From assembly GCA_964450845.1 (NCBI GenBank), contig CAYVGZ010000020.1, positions 1-20,978 of the forward strand: 20,978 nt of DNA, written 5' to 3'. The notes below the pieces were generated by a model. That model worked only from the letters and a program-made list of their open reading frames with translations. It was not told the origin of the DNA and made no database searches. The DNA is from an uncultured Candidatus Bathyarchaeia archaeon. Its GTDB lineage: Archaea > Thermoproteota > Bathyarchaeia > Bathyarchaeales > Bathycorpusculaceae. Both the position numbers and the translations under genes were made by a program. This document shows, piece by piece, positions 14,754 to 20,978 of the stretch; position 1 is the first letter of the stretch; every line of letters begins with the position of its first letter.

Positions 14754-15005
14754 ATGAAATATCGCCTAAAAATTGAAGTTAGTTTGAAGCCGGGTCACAG
14801 CGACCCTGAAGGTGAAACAACAGCACGCTTGTTGAAAGAACTTGGCTATAGAGTTGAAACTGTAAATGTTGGTAAGGTCTACAGTGTGGTTCTTGATGCT
14901 GAATCTAGGAAAGAGGCTGAAACTAGAGCCGAAGAGATGTGTAAGAGGCTTCTTGCAAATCCAACGAAGGACAATTATGCAATCTTGATTGAGGAGGAAA
15001 AATGA
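14754..15005 (+). CDS. purS: Phosphoribosylformylglycinamidine synthase subunit PurS
   Basis: V.LKPG..DPEGET, VGKVY, MCKRLLANP motifs; 83 aa; ATGA overlap with purL. Confidence 0.95.
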   Translation: MKYRLKIEVSLKPGHSDPEGETTARLLKELGYRVETVNVGKVYSVVLDAESRKEAETRAEEMCKRLLANPTKDNYAILIEEEK

Positions 15006-17383
15006 CCGCAAGCTTCTACATTCGCAGAAAAACGCCATTTGCAATCTTTGAAATAAACTTGCATGAAGCTACAGATCGGCAGCTTCTGGACATAAGCAAC
15101 GAACTGGGTGTAGGTTTAAACCTGCAGGAAATGAAGGCTGTTCAAGAGTATTTTAGGAATAGGAAGCGAAACCCAACGGATGTTGAGCTTCAAACCATTG
15201 GGCAAACGTGGTCTGAACATTGCTTTCACAAAACTTTCAAAAGCAAAATAAGAATGAATGGGGAGGAAATTGATGGACTCTTCGAAACCTATATTGTAAA
15301 GGCTTCTGAGGAAATTAATCCTCAGTGGTGTTTCTCTGTTTTTGAAGACAACGCCGGGATAGTCCGCTTTAACAAAGACTACGGGATAGCGGTTAAAGTT
15401 GAAACGCATAACCATCCATCGGCTGTGGAGCCTTTTGGCGGTGCGGCTACTGGCGTGGGTGGAGTAATCCGCGACATTCTAGGCGTGTGGGCAGACCCCA
15501 TTGCTTGTACTGACGTTTTGGGCTTCGGTCCATTAGATTTTGACTATGAAAAACTTTCACTAGGCATAAAGCATCCGAAATACGTTTACATGGGCGTCGT
15601 AGCCGGAATAGGAAGCTATGGCAATAACATGGGAATCCCAACGGTTAATGGAGCGATATACTTTGATGAAAGTTACGTGGGAAACGTTGTTGTTTACTGT
15701 GGCTGCATTGGTTTGCTTCCGCTTAAAAAGTTCAGGAAAAGCGTCAAACCAAACGACATAGTTGTTCTGGCTGGAGGAAAAACGGGTCGTGACGGCATCC
15801 ATGGCGTGACCTTTGCGTCTGCGGAATTAACGGAAAAATCGGAAGAGGTTTCTAGACCAGCAGTTCAGATTGCAAACCCAATCGAGGAAGAGAAACTGAA
15901 AAGAGCCATAATTGAGATTCGAGAACTTGAACTTGCATCGGCAATAACAGATTTGGGCGGTGGCGGCTTATCATCTGCTGTCGGCGAAACAGCAAAAAGG
16001 TTTGGTTGCGGCACCGTTGTGGAGCTTGAAAAAGTCCCGCTGAAATATCCGGGTTTGGCTCCGTGGGAGATTTATGTTTCCGAATCGCAGGAAAGAATGC
16101 TTTTGGCTGTGCCCCCTGAAAATTTTGAAAGGGTTCTGGAGATTTTTAGAAGTGAAGATGTTGAGGCTACTGCTATTGGAAGATACACTTCAGATAATGT
16201 GTTAACGATTTATCATCAAGGTGAAAAAGTTGCGGAGATGGACATTCCATTCCTTTTTAAACCGCCAAAAGCCACGAAAACAGCAGAGTACAGACCTGCA
16301 AATTTTGAAGAGCCTTCTTTTTCAGAGCCACAAAACCTAACTGAGACGCTTTTGCAGATTTTATCTTCACCTAACGTTGCAAGCAAAGAAAGCGTGATAC
16401 GCACTTATGACCATGAGGTGAAGGGAAATACTGCGCTTAAGCCACTTCATGGCGAGTATAGTGGACCCAACGATGCGGCTATAATAAAGCCTTTGAAAGA
16501 TTCTTGGAAAGGCATAGTAGTTTCGTGCGGAATGAACCCGAATTATGGTAAAATAGACGCTTATTGGATGACTGCGTCCGCAATAGACGAAGCAATAAGA
16601 AACAATGTTGCCGTTGGCGGCAGAAGAATAGCCTTGCTTGACAATTTCACGTGGGGCAACCCTGAAAAGCCAGAAAGGTTGGGTAGTCTTGTAAGGGCTT
16701 GTGAAGCATGCTACGATTCTGCAGTTGCTTTTAAAACGCCATTTATCTCAGGAAAGGACAGCCTCTATAATGAGTCCCCACTTGGACCAGTAACGCCAAC
16801 CCTTTTGATCACGGCTTTAGGCATAGTTCCTGATGTTCGTTCAGCAGTTTCGATGGATGTTAAAGCTCCAAGCAACTCTGTTTATGTTGTTGGGCAGACT
16901 TTCAAAGAGCTTGGCGGCTCGGAATATTATAAGCTGAAGGGCTTCATAGGGAAAAGCGCGCCGAAGGCGCGTCCTAACAACGCCATAAAAACGTTTAGGG
17001 CTGTTACTAGGGCTATTGATTTGGGGCTGGTTAAGGCTTGCCATGATTTGTCTGACGGTGGCTTGGCTGTTGCTGCTGCGGAGATGGCTTTTGCAGGCGG
17101 ATATGGCATGGAGTTGCATTTACAGAAAGTTCCAACAAGATATGCAAACCGCAATGATTTCGTCTTGTTCTCAGAATCAAACAGCCGCTTTTTAGTAGAA
17201 GTTTCACAGGAAGCGAAGGAAGAATTTGATGCGTTAATGAAAGGAAAGATCTATGCAGAAATAGGCAGGGTTACGAAGACTCCGCAGTTATGCATCTATG
17301 GATTAAAAGGTGAAGTTACTGTAGACATTGCGATTAGCGATTTGTTGGCGAGTTGGAAGCGAACATTCAGTGGCGAGGTCTAA
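15002..17383 (+). CDS. purL: Phosphoribosylformylglycinamidine synthase subunit PurL
   Basis: QTWSEHCFHK, KVETHNHPSAVEPFGGAATGVGG, DLGGGG, SESQERM, ISGKDSLYN, HDLSDGG. Confidence 0.97.
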   Translation: MTASFYIRRKTPFAIFEINLHEATDRQLLDISNELGVGLNLQEMKAVQEYFRNRKRNPTDVELQTIGQTWSEHCFHKTFKSKIRMNGEEIDGLFETYIVKASEEINPQWCFSVFEDNAGIVRFNKDYGIAVKVETHNHPSAVEPFGGAATGVGGVIRDILGVWADPIACTDVLGFGPLDFDYEKLSLGIKHPKYVYMGVVAGIGSYGNNMGIPTVNGAIYFDESYVGNVVVYCGCIGLLPLKKFRKSVKPNDIVVLAGGKTGRDGIHGVTFASAELTEKSEEVSRPAVQIANPIEEEKLKRAIIEIRELELASAITDLGGGGLSSAVGETAKRFGCGTVVELEKVPLKYPGLAPWEIYVSESQERMLLAVPPENFERVLEIFRSEDVEATAIGRYTSDNVLTIYHQGEKVAEMDIPFLFKPPKATKTAEYRPANFEEPSFSEPQNLTETLLQILSSPNVASKESVIRTYDHEVKGNTALKPLHGEYSGPNDAAIIKPLKDSWKGIVVSCGMNPNYGKIDAYWMTASAIDEAIRNNVAVGGRRIALLDNFTWGNPEKPERLGSLVRACEACYDSAVAFKTPFISGKDSLYNESPLGPVTPTLLITALGIVPDVRSAVSMDVKAPSNSVYVVGQTFKELGGSEYYKLKGFIGKSAPKARPNNAIKTFRAVTRAIDLGLVKACHDLSDGGLAVAAAEMAFAGGYGMELHLQKVPTRYANRNDFVLFSESNSRFLVEVSQEAKEEFDALMKGKIYAEIGRVTKTPQLCIYGLKGEVTVDIAISDLLASWKRTFSGEV

Positions 17384-17386
17384 GCC

Positions 17387-18205
17387 ATGAAACGAGAAGA
17401 GATTAAAGTTTGCGTCTTGCGTGTAGGCGGAACAAACTGCGATGCAGAGACCAAACGTGCCTTTGAGGAGCTAGGCACTCAAGCTGAAATTTTGCACATA
17501 AACCAACTAGTCAAACGCCGAAACCTTCTAGATTACCATGTTCTAGTTTTTCCAGGCGGATTCGCTTATGGCGATTATGTGCGTGCGGGGGCTATATGGG
17601 CTAAATGGATGTTAGCCAAAGTGGGCAGAGAACTGAAAGCCTTTGTTGATGAAAATCGGCCAGTCCTTGGCATTTGCAATGGTTTTCAGGTGCTTGTTGA
17701 AGCTGGTTTGCTTCCAAGTTTTAAGGGAATGAGCCCGTATCCAGAGGCTGCGTTAGCAACTAATTTTCCGCCTGGCTACAATTGTCGTTGGATTTATCTT
17801 AGACATGAAAACGATGGAAAATGCATGTTCACGTGGAAAATTCCGAAGGGAAAAGTCCTGCGAATACCAGTTGCGCATTCGGAGGGCAGATTTATGTTTG
17901 CAAAAGAAAAGGAAAAACAGTTTTTAGAAAGGCTTTACGAGAATAACCAGCTCGTCTTCCGCTACTGCAACAAAGACGGTGAATACGCAGAAGGACGCTT
18001 TCCGATGAACCCGAATGGTTCTTTCCACGACATAGCAGGAATATGTAACCCAGAAGGAACAATATTTGGTTTGATGCCGCATCCTGAAAGAGCCTTCTAC
18101 TGGTGGCAACAGCCAGACTGGACAAGACAAACGCACATGCCAGAATATGGAGATGGAAAGCTAATCTTCGAAAGTCTAATCGAGCATCTACAAAAGAGGT
18201 TTTAA
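17387..18205 (+). CDS. purQ: Phosphoribosylformylglycinamidine synthase glutaminase subunit PurQ
   Basis: GTNCD.ET, PGGFAYGDY, GICNGFQ (catalytic Cys), HSEG, NPNGS, MPHPER. Confidence 0.97.
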   Translation: MKREEIKVCVLRVGGTNCDAETKRAFEELGTQAEILHINQLVKRRNLLDYHVLVFPGGFAYGDYVRAGAIWAKWMLAKVGRELKAFVDENRPVLGICNGFQVLVEAGLLPSFKGMSPYPEAALATNFPPGYNCRWIYLRHENDGKCMFTWKIPKGKVLRIPVAHSEGRFMFAKEKEKQFLERLYENNQLVFRYCNKDGEYAEGRFPMNPNGSFHDIAGICNPEGTIFGLMPHPERAFYWWQQPDWTRQTHMPEYGDGKLIFESLIEHLQKRF

Positions 18206-19099
18206 ATCTTTGAGATACGGAAGCCCTGGTCTGGCGCCCATTTTCATTATGCATCTTGAAGCGACAAAATTGCCAAGTCTTCCACATTCATAGAGGCTTT
18301 TGCCAGAAATCAAACCATAAAGAAAACCAGCACAAAAAGCGTCACCAGCGCCTGTCGTGTCAACAACTTTCACTTTAAAGGCATCTATAAGGTGATTTTC
18401 TCTTCCATCCGTTACATAGCACCCTTTGCTGCCCAATTTTACAGCAACTATTTCCACGCCTTTTTTTAGCAGAACATCAGCACCTTTTCTGTAATCAGCC
18501 GTCTTGGTTAACAGCTCAAGTTCGCTAAGATTCGGCATCAAAACAAACGTTTTTTCTATAATTTGTTCCAACATCGCGCCCTTTCTTGCATACAATTCTC
18601 CCGGGTCAAGGCTCAACTTGACGTTTTGAGGAAGCACATTAACGAGTTTTTTCTGAGTTTGAAACGATTTTTCTCCAATAAAGGATGTTAGATGCAGAAA
18701 GCGTGTCTGAAACGCATATTCCATGCTTATTTCATTAAATTCTATCGTGTCATTCACGCCAGGATTAACATATAATGCCCGATCGCCTTTTTCGTCCACA
18801 AAACCCATAACCGTACCGCTTCTGCCACGTTTTGAATTTATTATGCCGTTTGTGTCTACGCCTTCTCTACGAAAATCTTCAACTAACATTTTGCCTTCTC
18901 TATCATCAGCAACCTTTCCAATAAAGCCCACCTTGCAACCAAGCTTTGCCAAGCCTACGATTGTGTTGGCTGCTGAACCTCCGCAAGCCTCTTCACAATT
19001 TTTTATGTAGTTTTCTCCTTCTGCCTTGGCTATTTTATTTACTTTGAAAAGCCTGTCAACGTTTAAGCCGCCGAATCCGACAGCATCAAAAACGGTCAT
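18188..19099 (-). CDS. PfkB/ribokinase-family carbohydrate or nucleoside kinase (EhaT-like context)
   Basis: GGSAANT...LAKLG and [13 protein letters not shown] signatures. Start refined to ATG 19099 (ATGA overlap with the ftr-like stop). The 3' end overlaps purQ by 18 bp. Confidence 0.92.
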   Translation of the reverse strand: MTVFDAVGFGGLNVDRLFKVNKIAKAEGENYIKNCEEACGGSAANTIVGLAKLGCKVGFIGKVADDREGKMLVEDFRREGVDTNGIINSKRGRSGTVMGFVDEKGDRALYVNPGVNDTIEFNEISMEYAFQTRFLHLTSFIGEKSFQTQKKLVNVLPQNVKLSLDPGELYARKGAMLEQIIEKTFVLMPNLSELELLTKTADYRKGADVLLKKGVEIVAVKLGSKGCYVTDGRENHLIDAFKVKVVDTTGAGDAFCAGFLYGLISGKSLYECGRLGNFVASRCIMKMGARPGLPYLKDLKPLL

Positions 19100-20010
19100 G
19101 GAAACAACTCGCACAAGTAAATTTTATAATCGCCCAGTTTTCCACCGTAATTTCCAGCAGAAATCTTCACCACATCATCAACTTTCAGCGTTGCCTCTAT
19201 GCCAGCTTTCATGGCTTCTTTAACAGCTTGCAACGAAACGCCATTAATCACTATTTCTGGAATGTAGTTAACGCCTTCAGGCACCATCGAGTCTTTGCCC
19301 AGTTTCTTTTTCAGCGAAGGACAGTAGGGATGGTTTGTTGTTGGTCCTATTAGCGGAAACTTTGTTTCAGTTTTTGAACCAGCAGAACAAACGTCAAATG
19401 GCGTTATTACACCTTCAACTTGGCTTATGGCTTCTAATGCTTTTTTCCCAGCGTCCATTACCGCCTTTTTTGTTTTACACATGTACCAAAAGTTGCCGCC
19501 AGATATTCCACGAGCATAACCAATATACCGCTCTATGAGAAAGTCGGGCACCATTATTGGAACAACAATCATATCACGCCCATAAAGCTGTTTTTCCCAC
19601 TCGAACCCGTCTCCACAATGTCCAACTCTTTCCATCATGTCAATTTTTCCTTCAATTTTCGCAGATAAAGCATCAAAGATAGCCGTAAAAGGTTTAACCA
19701 GAATGTCTTGACGAATCCGATAAGAAAACTCTTTTTCAAAACGCTTAACCAAGTCTTCTAAAGGCTTTCCTTTGTCTAAACCTTTCCAGAATTGTAAAAT
19801 TGCTCCTTTTCGCTTGTCGGGTGTTTCTCTTTCACTTAGCCATCTTTCGATTCCACTGTCAAGTCTACCTATGACTCCTGATGGCGTTGCGGTGGCGTCT
19901 TCTGCTGCCTTCTTTAATGTTTCTTCGTCATCTGCAGTGACGATGACTCGGCAGTAGAGACCGTCAAAAGCTTCTGCATACGTATCTTCAACTTCAGCTT
20001 TTTTAACCAT
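19096..20010 (-). CDS. ftr: Formylmethanofuran:tetrahydromethanopterin formyltransferase-like protein (divergent Ftr paralogue, EhaS-like)
   Basis: [53 protein letters not shown] are recognisably Ftr, but the N-terminal substrate-side motifs are divergent. Confidence 0.85.
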   Translation of the reverse strand: MVKKAEVEDTYAEAFDGLYCRVIVTADDEETLKKAAEDATATPSGVIGRLDSGIERWLSERETPDKRKGAILQFWKGLDKGKPLEDLVKRFEKEFSYRIRQDILVKPFTAIFDALSAKIEGKIDMMERVGHCGDGFEWEKQLYGRDMIVVPIMVPDFLIERYIGYARGISGGNFWYMCKTKKAVMDAGKKALEAISQVEGVITPFDVCSAGSKTETKFPLIGPTTNHPYCPSLKKKLGKDSMVPEGVNYIPEIVINGVSLQAVKEAMKAGIEATLKVDDVVKISAGNYGGKLGDYKIYLCELFP

Positions 20011-20978
20011 TTATCCCAGTCTCCCTATGACTGCTCCTCTGACTTTTTTTCTGAATTCGGTACTTTCTTTTGCCAGAATCTCCATATTTTTATTCGTTAT
20101 TATTTTAGTTTTAGGCAATTCTCTGGGATACAAACTGAAAAGATTGCTGAGCAAAGTTTGGTTTATTGTGCTTTTCTTTAAAGCTTCGCTGTTCCAATTT
20201 TCGACAAGACTTAGGGCTTGCTTCTTTCCAAATCTGCTAAAAACATCTGCAACCACAGCGGTTACTATGCTATTTTCCGATAACACAGCAATTTCAGCGG
20301 CTTTTATTGCGTATTGATTACCGTTAAAAGAGACTGTTAAGCCACCGTTATCTCTTACAAGCCTAAAGGCTTCAACATCTGTTATGCTGTCGCCAACATA
20401 CATAACGTCAGCCAAAGCCACGTTTACCTTTTGAACGACGTCTTTTATAGATTCAGCCTTTTCGCTACCGCCCACTGGATTAACTTCAGAAAAAATTCTT
20501 CCACAATCAGTACATGCTATTTCCTTCCAGAAAATCTTGTCCAATCGCCGAATTGTTTCTTGATCTTTTTCTGGAAAATCTGTTATGGATTTTGCATTTG
20601 GTGGGATTTCAATTATTGGCATTTGTGATATTTCTTTGGCGGTTTCCTTCAGCTTGGTTTTTTCTCCTTCCGACATGTGGTATTTGTCGATGCTTACTCT
20701 CGTGCAATAGGTGTTTTCGTAAGGGAAACCTAGGGCTTTGCATAATGCCTTCATGTAGTGTTCGTAACTTGTACTCACAATAAAGGCATAAGCCACACTC
20801 TTAACGTGCCGCAATGTATCGTTTATGTTTGAGATCAGAACTAGGTTTTGAGCTGAAAATTCCCGCATTTTAGTGTCTGTAACATCATAAGCTTTGAGGA
20901 AGGACAAGATTAGCTTTAAGGTTGAGCCAGCCTTGTGATTCGGTCTTTTTAAAACATCTGCCAACACATCATCATATT
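20011..20978 (-). CDS. EhaR-like HAD-superfamily protein (5' truncated by window edge)
   Basis: The frame is open to the edge (..YDDVLAD..). K.GSTLKLILSFL, IVSTSYEHY (HAD motif II-like), GGSEK (motif III), YVGDSITD (motif IV), SFNGNQYA. TAA abuts the ftr ATG. Confidence 0.8.
   Translation of the reverse strand, partial: YDDVLADVLKRPNHKAGSTLKLILSFLKAYDVTDTKMREFSAQNLVLISNINDTLRHVKSVAYAFIVSTSYEHYMKALCKALGFPYENTYCTRVSIDKYHMSEGEKTKLKETAKEISQMPIIEIPPNAKSITDFPEKDQETIRRLDKIFWKEIACTDCGRIFSEVNPVGGSEKAESIKDVVQKVNVALADVMYVGDSITDVEAFRLVRDNGGLTVSFNGNQYAIKAAEIAVLSENSIVTAVVADVFSRFGKKQALSLVENWNSEALKKSTINQTLLSNLFSLYPRELPKTKIITNKNMEILAKESTEFRKKVRGAVIGRLG

Overview
Archaeal DNA with a Bathyarchaeia-like gene set. 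The archaeal assignment rests on TATA-type promoters, GGTGA/GGAGG ribosome-binding sites, an Ftr homologue, an EhaR-like gene and a tRNA without encoded CCA; the lineage call is inference. The window has two parts. (1) 161-4648 is a ~4.5 kb accessory segment bounded by a 14-bp direct repeat of the 3' end of an intact tRNA-Gly(CCC) (4635-4708, minus strand). It looks like a decaying tRNA-integrated island with no recognisable integrase. It carries a YegP/DUF1508 protein, a Ca2+/cation antiporter with a non-canonical alpha-1 motif, a Lys/Arg-rich small ORF coupled to a membrane protein gene broken by an in-frame TGA, an ArsR-type regulator and a frameshifted hypothetical gene. It also holds extra tRNA 3'-end fragments at the left end and a dense palindrome cluster at the right end. 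(2) 4782-20978 is mostly core metabolism: pmbA/tldD, korABC-type 2-oxoacid:ferredoxin oxidoreductase (no delta subunit gene), a beta-helix/coiled-coil surface protein next to a membrane-tethered winged-helix protein and a divergent soluble wHTH regulator, and purM-purS-purL-purQ. A convergent EhaR-like HAD / Ftr-like formyltransferase / PfkB kinase operon ends the window and is cut by the edge. No CRISPR array, rRNA or transposase was seen. Family assignments come from motif recognition by eye; no database search was run.
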